Below are positions 28,797-43,744 of a stretch of DNA of 64,000 nucleotides, piece by piece. This stretch comes from Ascidiella aspersa (taxonomy: Eukaryota). The stretch's first letter is position 1. Every line of letters begins with the position of its first letter. The stretch covers positions 29,512,001 through 29,576,000 of the forward strand of contig OZ004608.1 in NCBI GenBank assembly GCA_963924565.1, written 5' to 3'. The notes below the pieces were generated by a model. That model was not told the DNA's origin. It worked only from the letters and a program-made list of their open reading frames with translations, and searched no databases. A program made the position numbers and the translations under genes.

Positions 28797-30221
28797 AAAG
28801 TAATTAAAATACACGTAGGCCTACAAGCACAAGCGAAAGGTAAAAGGCGATAACATTTTACCAATTCTAACACTTTCTGGGTTGTAACTTTCAATATGTT
28901 GGACTTGTTTATATAATGGGTGAAGTTCTGGTTAAAGCTTAACTTGAATGAATCCAATAAATTGGAGTATGCTCGTTCCAAGGTTAAAGGCGTTATCTCA
29001 TATTCCAATATATCGCATTGTAGACACGTTACAATAAAAACATCAAAGTTGGTAAATGGTGAGCAAAAAAATAGTTTGCTTGTTGGGGCCTTAATACCAT
29101 TTTGAGCTGTTCAGACCTGCTGTATACGTTGTACGCACATACGGTCGCTGCTAGTTGTTTTTTTACGCAAGCTTATCGATTACTATATCAACAGAAATCG
29201 AAACCAGGTGTGACTACTGGAATATTACGTTTCCCAGCTTACACGTGCGCACAATCCGTCCATGAAGGTTCATAAAAAGGCGGAAAAGAAAAATCTAGAA
29301 AGGGTGTGATTGCTAAAGCTCACGGGATCGCCATTTCTCGCGACAATTTGCGGATTCTGTTACAGGATGCCGCTATTTGCCCGCCTTTGATAGGCCTCGT
29401 TATTTAGGCCGAAACTTTTGACGAAATTGACGGGCAATTTCGGCGCTGGGCGAAAGTGTGGGATCGGTACACTTTCGTTAGACAGAATTTCCCGTGTCTG
29501 ATCAAATAAAACGGGACGCAAATTATTATTTGAAGGCCTAAGCAGATATATGACACCGCCAATGGTTTTCGCAAATGTCGTACTGGCGTGGCGTACACCT
29601 GTGTTTTCCTTCTCAATATTCTGCCACTATCAAATGTTGATAAAACTAAAAAAACTTTGATTAGGTTTTCTAAGTGTAACCAACTAAGTAACACGTTGCA
29701 GAATCACAAGTTTCTTAGTCTTACTGATATTGTTAATTTACGAGCTTAATTTTTTTTACATTTCTTACACCTTAGGCAGAAACCCGCTTTTGAAGTTAGG
29801 AATTTCGTGCAGGAATTGCAAATTTTGACAAGCACAAACATTTCAAACGTCAACGCGCTGAAATTGAAAGAAAATTGCTCGCCACCCAGGGTTTGTAAAA
29901 CACTGCAATCGGCCTTTTTTTAAATTTCCTGCCATGGTCTGTAAAACCTAAGCAATTCAGACACCCAAAAAAGCGGTCTAGTATTTCAAAAATGGCGATG
30001 CGCAAATAAAACGCTAAAAATCCTAAATTTTTCTTTGTGAGCCTCTTTGTCACACCTTTGCGATTCTGCAACCCGAAACCGTTTGGCAAATAGGCGAAAA
30101 AGTTTTGAAAATTTCGCCGAACTGTTGTCCGGCCGCCGAGCGCTGTCATAAGTAAGATAATTTTTCATCCTCGTCGTTAGCGTCTTATTTATGAGCCTGG
30201 ATGTCACGGCACCTTGCCGTG

Positions 30222-30289
30222 AGGTCACCCGAGGTCAGATTCGAGTGCCCGGGGTCGGCTCAGGCGGGGGCAAAGGTCACTAGGGTTCA
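30222..30289 (+). promoter_or_regulatory. Pair of DR4 nuclear-receptor response elements
   Basis: AGGTCA-cccg-AGGTCA (30222-30237) and AGGTCA-ctag-GGTTCA (30274-30289) in a GC-rich block; motif match only. Confidence 0.45.
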
Positions 30290-33200
30290 ATCGCGCGGCT
30301 CTTGGTCGCTAAGTGGACTGGCCAGTCGCCCGTTCATTACTTGATAGCGGCTTAACGGGGCTATGTAAACGCGCCAAGGGGCAAGAAACGTGACCCCCCT
30401 ATGCAAGGACCCTGGGGGTAAATGACACCCCAAGTGACGCAGTCGCCCCCGGAACGCATGTTATCTTCGTTGGGACTATGCAGAAACCTTGCTCTTTCGT
30501 CCATAGGCAATGTACTCTTGTTGTTCTTTGCTAATCCGTGCAGTGACAGCTGAAGGTGTGTGGTAGGCGCGACTTTCCCATATCCGAAGCCGACACCCGG
30601 GCGCAGCTGTCCCTAAGGGGCCTGGCCTGGAGATGCACCCCTGTTCTTGACCCCCTGAAAACGCATAATGCCGTCCAAGAGTCAAGACCTTACCTGACAA
30701 GCCAAAGATGGATAGGCTACTAGTCCTACAAGCCTAGATTTAATAAACCCCATGGCGTTTTAAAGCCAATATCGACTGTGCAGGGGGTTTAGGGCTGAGA
30801 AGCCAGGCGGGGGCGTTTTGTGGGGCTTAGGGTGAGATAACAAAGCAGTGACCTGGAAAATATGAGAAGCGATTCAATAATAAACACATACGCCGCTTAA
30901 GTTTTATTTGTTTAAAAGGATTGCACCGGCTATATTTGAGGTTGTTGCGTTATTTTAAACCGCTGTTGACTTACGGCTGTATGCGTTAATTTCGTGTTCA
31001 ACGCGGTATGCATTTACACTTCACTTTATCAAGTCAGAAATTATCAAGTTTTATGAATAATGTTGCGATTAACTAAGATATATTTACAAATAAATCAATT
31101 AAGTTAGTCTTTTTTCAATGAATATTAATTAATCTAATTATACTTGAGCGGTATAAATATGGCAATAAAAAGGTTATTTACCGTTTAGAGATTTAATAAG
31201 ATTTTTTTTACTTTTCTATAGTATATCTGAAGTATCACGTTTTGTCGTTTACTTACATAACCAACATTTGGGAAATATTCAGAGTTTATCAAAGAGTACA
31301 TTTTATTAAATAGCTTTTGAAAGGTTTCTCGGCTATACGGTATTTAGCTTCTTTTCGGGGAGCAATGTATCCAGTGATAAGAGATATCGATAACAGGTCA
31401 TGCTGAACTTGCTACTTGTATTACGGTGCAAGAAAACCGAAAAGATTTAACACGTTTTTTTTAAGCAGTCTGAACGTAAAGACTAAACCCTGCTTTAAGG
31501 GTCTGTCCGTAGTTCAGTTTTTTTTTATTGTTAACCCAGAAGAAAAATCCACGTTCACAGTTAAAATCAAACCGTGGGAACGAAACTGTAATTGAATATT
31601 TTTTGTCTCAAACTTAAAAAGAACAAGGCCAGTAGGGCAATGACATAAAACGATCCAGCTTCAACAAAAGTATCCGCATTACTGAAAAGGTCCAAGATGG
31701 CAGCTGTAGACGTTTCAATGTCAACTGCACAGCCTCTAGAAGAGGATCACAGAATCTGTGTAAGCCAATATGCCGCCTTGCCATCTGTGACAGTCCCACG
31801 GCACTCTGATACAAAAATCACTGCACTTTTGGTTGCACGAACGCAATACAGGAATGGAATAAAGGCAGAAACCGCTGGCCGGCGGTTTTCGATTGCGACA
31901 ACAGAGCTCTAAGCACTCCTAATCTGGACAAAAACTCGCTCGGGCCACTCATTGCAGTAGACTTTGGTTTAAAACGCAAGAAACTAGGCGAAGGTTGGTT
32001 AAGAAAGAATGTTACCGACTTAAGACGACTTACCAGCTTGAGACGGGCACTTAGCAAAGTCGACCCCAAAAATGCGACCCGCGTCATCAGCTGGCCATTG
32101 TGACGCCATACGTGCGGGCAGGCGCGTGCTTACGTCACATTGTGGCCGACATTGCAGAGGTTTACGCTGTTTACGGCATGTTTTTCGTAGGGGCCGTGTA
32201 ACAGTGTTGCAAGAAGCACAAATCGGTGGGCATTTTCAAGTAAAATGTTTACAAATTCTGTGGGACTTTGTCAGTTTACCAACAGCAGAGCACAATGGAT
32301 TTTTTAAACTTTAAAACAAATGAATTGAGATTCTAATCTAATCCAATCTTTCCACACGGGCGCGCGGTTTAATACCCAGCTCAGTTTTAATGCTTTAATT
32401 GAGATGAAATTTGCTGTTTATATTGAAAAGTGGAAACAAAAACAGTGAAAAAAACGTTTTAATTGTCATTTAAAAGGGTTGGGAAACTGCCATAATTCGT
32501 GAAGAGACATTTTCCTAAATTGAACATGCAAAAAATAAACTTTTTACACTGAAAAATTACTGCTTGCCGAATTACTGAAAGACTTTTGTGGTTGAAATGT
32601 TCACCTGATGTAACACTTTACCATGGTTATTCAAATCGTGTGAGAGAGCGTTGTTTTAGTAATTCGTTTGCTTACAACTCGCGTATTATTCCATTAGTAG
32701 GAGAACAAATTAGGCGTATTTTCTGCGAAATGAAGCTATTTTAAGGAAGCGGATAAAACTCACCGAAAAACATATTTCTTTCGTGTCGCAACCACGCGAT
32801 TCTCTTTACCCAGAAAAAAAACACTTCAAAAGTCAAAATGGGACCTATATGGGTAAACGAAGGAGCTGCTACTACACACTAGAAAATACGCCAAACATCA
32901 CGTTCCATTACAGCCCACGGTGAAAAGAACCTGATGTAAAAAAGCATTTAAACGGAAAATTTAAAAGCCTTGAGAAACGACTGGGCAATACGTTCAGGAC
33001 CACCTCTGCGCTTGGTGGCCAAATGTAAGCCACACGTTGGATTATGACGGGATTATGACTCAATCGAGATTGTATAAACAACGAGTAAGCAAAGCAATAA
33101 CCCCCAGCATGACGTACGCGCCGGATTCAATGAACTAACTGGCCGTGAATTTTGTTTACCGTCAATCAGTTGCGCATTGTTGTTGAGATGTGTTCTGTGA

Positions 33201-36200
33201 CTGTTACGTCACAACACGTAGAACGCCTATTGTGAAATCGCAACTTTGAAACCGTATCTGTTGTAACAGCAGCTGGTTAGTTAGTGGGTATGTGTTTGTG
33301 CTTTACAGCAAATAGCCTTCATGAGTTTCAATGGATTAAGTGCTTGATTTATAAAACTACGCTATATCAACAATCAACAAGTCACTGGTTCGATAAATAT
33401 GCAAAAATTCTTGGTTCGATATATATAAAAAAAGTTTCTGAGTAATGAATCGATGATACAAGCTCGTATCGAAACGTTTAATCAAGATGATGTCGATCCA
33501 CTCGAGCTATTCATTATTAAGCTATTACAGATTCGTACATATTCGTGTGACCAAATTACACAAGTTCAACCTTACAAGTTACAACACACGTTCGTTTTTT
33601 ATCACTATCAGATAACTTGCTATTAATTTTCCAACATTTTCCATAAAATGATTCTCCTCATAAACAAGGTAAAATAGAAATCAAAATTAGTTTTCTTTAT
33701 TTGCTTTCGAGCATGTTGTGTCAGTTAAGTCTGGTGTTTTAAAATAATTTTTTTATCTTTTTAAGGCAAACACTGCTTGACATCATCAAAATTGCAAAGA
33801 ATGGGACATAAAAGGCTTACAATTCTGTTAAAATCGGATTTAGCAGGAATTTTCACTCATTTTTTCGCTCAAAGAATTTCGGCTCTTTTGCAAATTTCTA
33901 GGAAACGGAATATCAGAGTCGGATCAGTCATTTTTTCACGTGTACGACACAAACAAGTTTTGTGACGAAAAATGAAAATGAAATAGGATTTAACAAGAAT
34001 TTTTACTCACTTTTTTCTCATCTGGTCAAATCGGGGCAATTCCGCTGCGTATTCAGTAAGAATGTAAATCGGCTCTTGGGCCTATCGCGTGCCGACGGGA
34101 AAAGACGATTATGTGCGCCGCGTAGCGGACCAAAAGCAGAGCTGGTCTTTTCCGAGAAAGCAAAGTAAAACTCCCGCACTACGGGCTTTCACTTGCGACA
34201 CGGTTAAAAATACCTGGCTGACAAAAACACGTAGGCTGCTGGTAACTGTTCAGCAACCTGAAATTAAGCCACGGTTTTCGCACCGCCCCGTGCCAAGTGT
34301 TAAGGCCAAGAAACAAAGCGCTAATTGGCACGTTTTGCTCTCAACGCGAAGTTTGGCAAAGTGCCCGCTTTGTAAGCGCGCTGACTGTCGACATTATGCG
34401 CCCAGGTGGTTGGTACACTTTGTCATCCAAGGAAAGATTTCACCTCTCAACCTTTTATATTAAACTCTTTTCTTTTACTTTATTAACTAATTTGCTTGAC
34501 TTTTTAAAAAAACGAACCTGAGTATGTATACACCGTGTTGCATGCAACACACTAAGAAATCCATTTTGGCGTGTTGTGCAGAATCGGAAGCGTCAACACA
34601 TTATAAAGCTTTCAGGTGACTATTTTATATGCTGGGAAGTTGGACATTACATGATAAACTTTTTTGAAAGGTATTGCATTATAAGAGAATATAAGGCATA
34701 TTGATATAAGAGAATATAAGGCATATGTGTATGTCTTCTATTCTCAAATGTAGTGTGTACGGCTTTATAATGAAAGAGGCGTTTAACATAAAAAATGGGG
34801 TGAAACGATTGGAAAATCAACTTATTCTTTGATACCCTTATATTAGTTTAACCATAAATAAATAAATAAATCACAATCAACGCTGTATAGTGTATATTAC
34901 CGTAAGTTTGATGAGAATCAAACTTTCGAAACACAGTATTAGATTAAAAATTAAAAAGGCCTTAGAAATGGCAAAGAATCGCAAAATCAATGACGCAACC
35001 ACACACGACCTGTTTTTACGACTGACAACTGCCATCGTATAGAAACCTGAAAAAGCAACTAAATTCTCACGTAACCGTGGATCGGCGCACCTGTCCAGCA
35101 CTTCAAGCCGCGACAACTCGCAACATGCAAAAGTGTCAATTCGACGCAGTTCAACGAGCCAGGAGCGAAAAACACCATCGCACTCAAAAGTGGATGTGCT
35201 GTTTGCAAACACAATTAGAGCCCGTGAGTTCAACAACTGTACCGCGGCCAAAGGGGTTTGAATGCGTTTTGCGACGCCCCAAGACGAAATTGATGCGAAT
35301 TGCGATCAAAACAGGTGCACTCACTTGCCACGGACCGCCGCTGTGCCTCGATAGGTTCGATTTGCGGGAGCTTGCAAGTTTTCCAAACTGCCGTTCCGGT
35401 TGGCAAAGAAAGGCGCCGACTGTAAAGCAACCAAACACATTAAACCTTTCGCTTTGAGATTCGATCATCACCGCTTATTGTTAGTGTGAGTTAGTGGGCA
35501 AGCCAATCTCGTATGACATTTTTATTTTCATTGATCATTGAATGATTTTCACATAGCTATATTCCAATTTTAAGTTTGAAAAAACATTTTTTTTCCTTTT
35601 TATTTAAAAAAAATTAGTGTTTTTTTAAGTTCGTGTGCAATAGCGGCATCGGCAGTTATCCAACTGGTAAAAATTTTGTAGTTGTAATGACAATAAAAAA
35701 GGTATTACGTTATAATTAGTGAACCGCGTAAGATATTAAATTACGGAGAATGCAAAACAACGCTTTCGAAAGGCCTTTCTTTTGAACAACTCTACAACCT
35801 ACGTCAGTATTAGAAGTAAAACGTTTATCTAAATATGGTCATCATGACGTATGCAGTTTTAATGACGTTGTTTTTTTCCCACGTCGCTGAATTTTCTGTG
35901 CACACAGCTTCAAATCGGACGGGGAATTTCAACAAGCTGTTTACGGCCGAGCGCAACCGTTTGATCTTTCCAGCCCGAGAACTCGCTAAAGCACCAGGTC
36001 GACTAAATTGATTGATATCCCTTCCGTTACATTCGCGACATTTGACAGCCTCGTTTAATCCGGATGGAGTCCTTTCGCGCGCCGAGATGCAGCGACTGGC
36101 ACAGCTCTCCCTGGAAATAATCTCAACGTGGCACAGACCACAGAATCAACGTGTAGCGCCCGTTTTCGCAGGAAGGTTACAGATCTTCGTTGGCGGTTGG

Positions 36201-39200
36201 CGAAAGGCGCCCGTCAAAGGCAATTCTGTAAGCTGATTAGCGCTTTCCGGAAGCCTTAGCGAGGCTTTCGTCTCAATGAGTTGTTGCTCGCTTGACGGCC
36301 TTTTGCAAAAAATCAGATAGTTCTGACGCACTCTGCCATCTCGCGTTTGCAGCGTCCAATGTTGGATTTGTCCTAATTCGCAAAACTAAAAATTTGGCTG
36401 CCCCATGTCGATTTGGAATAAAGTTGATTTTGAACCTTTTATTTTGCATATGTGTTGTGTTATGTTGTGTATTCGTAAGCTTTTAGCTGTTAATGAAAAA
36501 AAAAAAAAAAAAAATATGGCAGACATGTCCGATGGTATTGAATGAAGCCAATATCAGTTGCAAAGTGTTAGTTTTTGGAAGATACTTGGGGTGCATCAAG
36601 GGTCATCTGATACCAATCTGACATTGGCCTTTTTGTAGCAATTGGAAATAAAATACTGCTTTTCTCATTTGAAGTTACTTTTAAAAATATGTACATGAAC
36701 AATCAAATTTATTCCTAACTCTAATTAGCATGTATTCCCGCCGAGCGTCTTTCATTCCATCTTTGGCAGTACAAGGTTTTGTCATCAATATTTCTGTACC
36801 ACACTTTTCGGCCAGGTGTCTGTTACCGCGATAAAGGTTTTTTGTTCTACTTTTTAATATAGTGAACGCTACCTCAGGACATTCGCCCCAATAAAGTACC
36901 TCGAGTGACGCAGATTGTAACTAAAATTATTCTTTCCCTCTGGAAGTCATTTGGTTCCCAAACTTTTATGTCTCGAAGCACCCCCAGAATAGCTTGCGGC
37001 ATCCATACAAGAATTTGTGTGAGGTAATTCACTAAAATGTTACAATAAACCGAACTGAAACAACACGCATCAAACTCTATACACAATCTAGGGAAATGTT
37101 ATTTAACTTAATTGCTCACCAATCGTACACCAACCATTGTATTAAGGCTCAAGAGATATTAGATCAGCTAAAATCAGATTCTTAAATATTGGTAAAATCT
37201 CTCGTCACCCTTAAGCATTAGAAATGGCACTTAGGTTGGAAATCATTGGTGTAGGCTGATGTCTCCTCACTCTTTTAGAGATGTCGTCTTTGCTTCTGAA
37301 GTGGCTTGCTGTTCGTCGGAACCACTAACCGCTTTACGTCAAATATTCAGCGCTTTCAGTCAGGAGCGAAAGATAACATAGAAACTTTAAAGCCGCCCGC
37401 CAACGCTGACTGGCAACTTCGAATGTTTTATAGCTGATCGTAATCCTATCGAGCCAATTTAGCGATTGGCGGAAAATCTTGTAATCCCTGTCAGAAAAAC
37501 AAATCGCCATACTAATGAAGCGGTTTTCCAGTCGGAGTTGTTTTGATACAAGTGCAGTTTCGCAGGATTCGCCGTTTTCACTGCTTCGTAGGCGGTCCTT
37601 TCAAACCACTTGATTTAAACATCTTTAAATCAAAAATACGATTCGTGTGATGTTTTATATAATGTAACTATATTCTATTCTTTATGCAAAATCGGCAAGA
37701 CTTTGGGCGAATAAACACGTTTTAACAATGGATTTCGAAAATATGTGAAAAACTACATTTTAAATTTAAAATAAAGGTATTTATGAGCCATTCAAAGGGT
37801 CACAATTAATTAAAAGTTTGAATGTGACTTTTGAAATTGAGGGTGATCAAGATTATTTTGAATTTAATCTATCAAAAAACCTACCCTTATCCTAACGTCC
37901 CTAGCAATGATGCTTTAAAAAGGAAACGGAGCAAATCTGTCGAACATAGAATTAAGCACGTTTCCGCTTATTTCTGCTTTCAAACGCGACACACAGAAGC
38001 ATGAGTAATCGTGTGGTTTAAATAGGGGGAAATGAGACAACTTGTAATCGCCCAATCCGTGCTAAGCCTCCTATTACATAACGCCCCGTCAACTGCCTTG
38101 GGCTTGAAGTACTTTACGTGACATGTTTCCTCAGGAGATTTGCCAGACTTAACCGCGGCGTCACTCGAGGTGTGAAAAATGTTTGCGAGTCAATGGGTGG
38201 AAAAATATCTCAGAAATCCCAGAAGTTCAACCGGGTTAGCGTTAAAGAGTGGCGGCCGGCGCAAATTTCTTAAATCTCAGCGTCGCGAGCCGCCAGCACA
38301 CCTGCGCCAGTTGCAAGCAAACCCGACTACTGGCTACAACCCGAGATCCCCGGCACGAAAAAAGCGACCGCGCGACGCCCCCTGGCGGCGAACCGTGAAA
38401 ACATCCGGCAAGGAATTCGAGAGATCGCGTCTGACGAAGCATAGACGGCCTTTTTTGGATAATCTGCGCGACTGAGTCAAGGAAAAAGCTCGGAAGTCGC
38501 CTATCGGAAGCGCACCGGGTTCGAGATCACTTCAAATTCAAGACGCCGTGCCGCGCGCGTCACAGACAGCGGAGAGCCGATCGAACCAAATTTAACTCCA
38601 GGCTGGGAGCGGCTAATGGCGGCGTCTGGCCGAAGGCGCCGACGGACAGTTGGGCACGTTCCTGCGGCGGCCTAAGTCGCGTTTGCTTTGGCGCGCCTAC
38701 CGTTGCTTTTCGTCACCTCGTTGACGCGAGGGCGAGTTTGTTTTGGGGGCCTTGCCCCACGCTTTTACTATTCTTATGATTATGTTATAGGTGTTGTACT
38801 GCTGATCATACGGGGGGCTAGGTCTATAGCTGCCTGTGCCGCCAGGTTAGTCTTGTAATATTGAGTACCTTGGGGGAAAGGCATCCGCAAAAGACGCCCG
38901 GTATGATTTAAGTAAAGTACCTTAGTTGGTCGTCATTTTCATATTCTATTTCGCAAATACAATACCCCAAAACAAATATTGAGAGTTTAGGAGAATTAGT
39001 TGACCTCTATTATAAGCTAAGTGTGTTTTCGACAGTCCACACCAAATTAAAAACAATTTATATGCATCGGTTGTTTCGGAGACAACAGAATTGCTGTAAA
39101 ATTTCTGTAAGTATATGATAATTAAATGATAGCTTTTTAACAGGACCTCCAAATATTTTTCTAGTTTTTGGAATTAAAAAAATGCATTTTTGAGATTGTA

Positions 39201-42200
39201 ATAACCTCACATAATTTACCAGTCAGTTTTCAACTACTGACAAAAAGTGCTTATAGTTACTATACCTGGACACACGCTCTTTTAAATCTTTTCGAGGATT
39301 TCTTTTTTTAGTTAAACATTTTCTGTGTATTTTTAGACATTTCAAAGATGCTGGGTATCGTGTACGGAGGTCCCATTTTAGGAGATGATTCTGTACACCG
39401 TTAAACAGGTTATTTTTGAACTTGTTCAACCTACATTTACCCAACCCGGGTTGAATGAGTTTACACAAACTCTCCTTGTGAAAAGTAGTTGACCCAGCTC
39501 ACGGGCCACAGCCCCCAGAGTAATTCCATTACTACAGGCCATACAGTTGTGGGAGAATTAGCAAAGGGGGGAAGTTGCGGGCTATTCGGGTATTTATGTC
39601 CTTGTAAGTTTGCGTAACCCTTGCACAAAAGCTTTTCTTCGACACAGTTGAGTAAAACACCGCACCCGACTTGCGTGCCATTCTTACCGGCCGTTCTCAA
39701 AGTCATTATATTTTACTGCTTTTACGCGGAACGTCTTTCCGTCGTTTTCTTGGCATGACGAAGTTCGTTATCAACCGATCTGCGACAAAACTGGGTTCGG
39801 TACCACAGACGACAAAAACAACCTGTCGTGAAGCCTAATACGGCGCTGTAGGGGTGTTTTTTTCCTATTTGCCCCGGGGTTACTTTGGGACATTCGTCCT
39901 TTTAAAGTGCTCCGAATGACGAGGTCCCACCTCATCCTTTTTGTGCAGAGTTATGAGGTAAGCCTGCATAAAATAAATTTGGCCAACTTTGTTATTCATT
40001 TCCTCTGTGTATGTTTCATGCTGGTTTTCGCTGGAAAGCGGTTGTAGGAGTTCTGTGGCGGGAAGTTTTTCAAGTTGCAATCTTTAATTCATCATGTAAA
40101 TTTTATACCAGGGCGTATAGCCGCGTCTTTTGTAAAAAAACGACGTGGTAAAAGTGAACGTAAACGCAAAAATACTGCAAAAAATTGTAAATCATTAGCG
40201 ACCAACGATGCAAAGATTGTGTACAATCAGGTGAACCTATATTGTTTCCTGACCCAATCAAGTCAGTTATCTCGTTAACTGTATGTCGCAAATAAAATTG
40301 GATTAAATATGCTATGGTTTGTTAATAAACTATTATATGGGAGAGCCGCTGTGGACTGTATCCGACTCAGTAATCATTTCGGTCCTTGGTATGCTACATT
40401 ACCTGATGCGAAAAGCACGTGAACTCCTAATGCAAGACGCGCCCTTTCGCGGAAAGTTCTATTTTTATCAGTAATTGTGAAACCAAACCCGAGCCGCGTT
40501 GGACATCGAGGGAAATAACGACAACTTGCGTTTGTGCTTATCAATCACGTAAGTGGACCGACAGCTCGGCCATGGTAACATTCCCGCGAAAGTGACCGAC
40601 AATTTCGTTCCGAGCGTGCCCGAAATTCCATGTATTTAAACGGGGAGACTCTCTGCATGGAACGGAACATTCTGACCTTCAGGTGCCCAGAAATCTAACA
40701 TTATTCAAAAATTAAACTCGTATTTTTAAGTTTTGATTTACGTCGTGGTCTAAGTTTGACTAAGCCACTAAGAACAATCCAAGCTGTGGTTTCGTGACAA
40801 ACTGTAAAGGTGCCGGTGGGGTGGGTATATATTGGAGTACTGCACCCTACCAATAACAAAATATAAAGTTGTGATTTTTTCTCAAAAGAGTAGAGGTCCT
40901 ACAGCCCATAAATATTGGACATAGTGCCGTTTTTTTTGACAAAAAACAGACCAAGATATCATTTTTAGTCGATAAACTAAACAGAAATGATGGTGTAAAC
41001 GCCGGTCTAAAACAGCAAATTTGTTAGCTTCAAAATTGACAAAATTGTAAGCAGCGTTAAAAATAAGAGACCATTTGCTATTAAACATATTTTTGGCGAA
41101 CTTAGCCTACTACTTAAGCTTCCGTTCCATGATAAGTTTAGTGTTCCAAAGCGCTTTACTCAACTTAAAAATCAATTTACCAGGAGCGTCCGTCGACCGA
41201 AAGTATATCTTCATCTCCAGCGCAATGGGCCTTTCGAGGAATTACCGATCGTGTAGTAGAAAAAAAACAACGAAACGCTAAATCTAACGGCCCGGTCGTC
41301 GGTCGAAATGAATCGCAATTTCGAGTATTGCATTACACCGAAGATCGCGTGTTCTCGCCTCGTTTGGTGTGGGGGGTGATTACTGGGGGGAGTTTAGCGT
41401 GCCGCGCGAGCAAAAGCCATTACCAGGCGTTGAAATTGGAGCTAGAACGCAGTGAAACTGATATACGTAGATTCGTACGGTTGTTTTGCTGAGCTGTTAA
41501 ACGTGCGAATGAGAGAATTCCGGGCATGCTGATTTGCGTTGCGTGACGCTGGTATTGGATGAAGGTAAACGCCCACTCTCGTTAAGGTTGTTTTTGCTAG
41601 TGACTTTTTAAACATGGGGACATTGGACAATGTTGGATGATCTTTGTGGAAAAAGCATGTTTCAGTTTGATTTATAAGTCAGTTCAGCAGATTAATGGCC
41701 TTAAGTCATGACTCTATACAGGAACTTTATACAGGAACAAGGCTATGGCGAGTTTAACCAAAGTAATCACACATAAGACGAGTTGTCGGCAAATTCGTTA
41801 TGCGGAAAACGAAAGAAGAATTATTATGTTTCTGATAAATTTTTGTTATTAAAATTGTACATTTGCCATTACATAAATCGGTTAATAACAAAAAAAAAAT
41901 CATGGCAATGTCGATATTTTAAACATAATTCTCATTCTGGTACGAAAAATAATCCGCCTAAACGTTTACCTTAACCAACATATTATACACAAGTTTAACG
42001 AGTATTGAAAGAACTATAGTCTTTCGGTTAAAAAAGATACACCATCGCTTGATTTATGAAAACACTTAGTAAACAAAAGCGTTACGTCATAAACTACATA
42101 TGTCATTTTCATAGAAATTTATTTGGAGACGCACAAACAAAGGCGTCTTCGTTACGACATAAACACATGCACGGCGTTTGGGGGAGGGGGACAATCGCAA

Positions 42201-43617
42201 TTACGACACGGACAAAAATATAAAAGAAACAACAACAAAAAACAACCGTAGAAACGCGGAGAAGTGATTGCATGATTTTGCGGCGCACGACGTCACAAAA
42301 GCGTTGATTATTACGTCACAAGGCGGGCGCGGTGATTTCATCACTTTATTAATCGAACGTAAAATAAAAAGTGTGGTCTGGAAGTTAAGGCAAGATTTTA
42401 AACGACGTGAAAAAACACGACAGAAAACTCGTCGCCAAATTAAGCGACACACTCTTTTGTACAAAGTCGTTTAAATCAAGTGTAACGGCGTTTTTAGTTA
42501 CGATATGTTTCATATCACAAAGTATAGTGCACGATTACCAAAACAATCTCGTCAAAGTACAGAAAAATTTCATTAGATAACTCGCAAATCGGTAATACTG
42601 TGGGCGAAATTTGAACTGCACAAATATTAGAAAAAAATACGCGTTTTAGTTTAATTTCGTGGAGTAAGAAAACGCAAAAGAATAAACCACACGAGTATTT
42701 TTACTTCTCCAGAAGATTCAAGCCGATTGAGGCGTGGTTAATATATAAAAAAAATGTATTGTGTTAATAGTTTAAATTGGGTTAAAACTCCGAGGTAGGC
42801 GTTCTTAGCTATTTTGGAAAGCTTTGCTGAAAATGTTCTCTGTATGATAAAAAAGGCAGTAAAAGACTTACAGGTCTAAGTATTTCTATTTGAATCGAGG
42901 TCTCATAAAAAGAGGTCCAAAAGGGAATAGAAAGCCAGCAAAAAGCACAAATGGAAAGATAAACTTTTTAGTTCAGTTTTTTTTTTTAATTCTTGACAAA
43001 AAAAAATGGTGTTTGCGGTGCGCGAAAATGCAAAAGCCTCGACAGAAGGGGACTGGACGACATTTGAGCGTCGAAAAACACAGAACGGAAAGTAAAAAGG
43101 ACAAAAGAGCGCGGCGCGTGCAGATTCGGCATTTCGTTAGGAAGTCGGGCTGTAAGATTTCGTGTATTTTGTATTGCGAAAGATCGGCAGATAGATAGAC
43201 ACGTAAAAAAGAGTAATGGCACGATTTCGGACTGGTTTTCCCGAAGAGGAATATGGAAGTTTCACAACAGGTGTTAGTTCAACTACTTACAGATATGAAA
43301 AAGTACCATACACAAGTTTGCTACATAACAAGATACAGAATTAAATTGTACGAATTGAAGCACAAGTAACGCGAATATGACGCGGTAAGTTTCCTGCACC
43401 AAGACAGCTGTAGTCTAGAATGAAAGTTGAACTGTCAGTCGGGCTAATACTGGGTCACCAAAAACGTAATTGGCAGTCGGCGTAAAAAAAGACGATGTCG
43501 TACTCGCTTTGAATTTTCTTGCACCGCAGAAAAAATATTTGTTTAAAACTGTTTTATGATGAAAGGTATAGTTGAAAGATAGTGTTTTTTTTTACTTTGA
43601 AATTTTGAAAGATTTTT

Positions 43618-43623
43618 TTTATT
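43618..43623 (-). terminator. Candidate polyadenylation signal (AATAAA) for ERC
   Basis: First AATAAA on the minus strand, ~120 nt after the stop. It sits in A-rich sequence, and further AATAAA at 42345-42350 and 42118-42123 could be the real ones. Confidence 0.25.
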
Positions 43624-43744
43624 TTGAAAGTTTGAAAGATCATTGTTTGTGGGGCATTGAATCTCCTCGCGTTGCTCATGGAGAAGCTGCGATATAATGT
43701 TGTTGGTCAACACTTTTTTTGACGGCAGCTGAACGTACTTTAGT

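Noticed and set aside
1-43700. Conserved miRNA hairpins or autonomous transposase/reverse-transcriptase ORFs
   Set aside because: No mature miRNA sequence or TE protein motif recognised by eye; an Infernal/miRBase and HMM search would be needed to exclude them.
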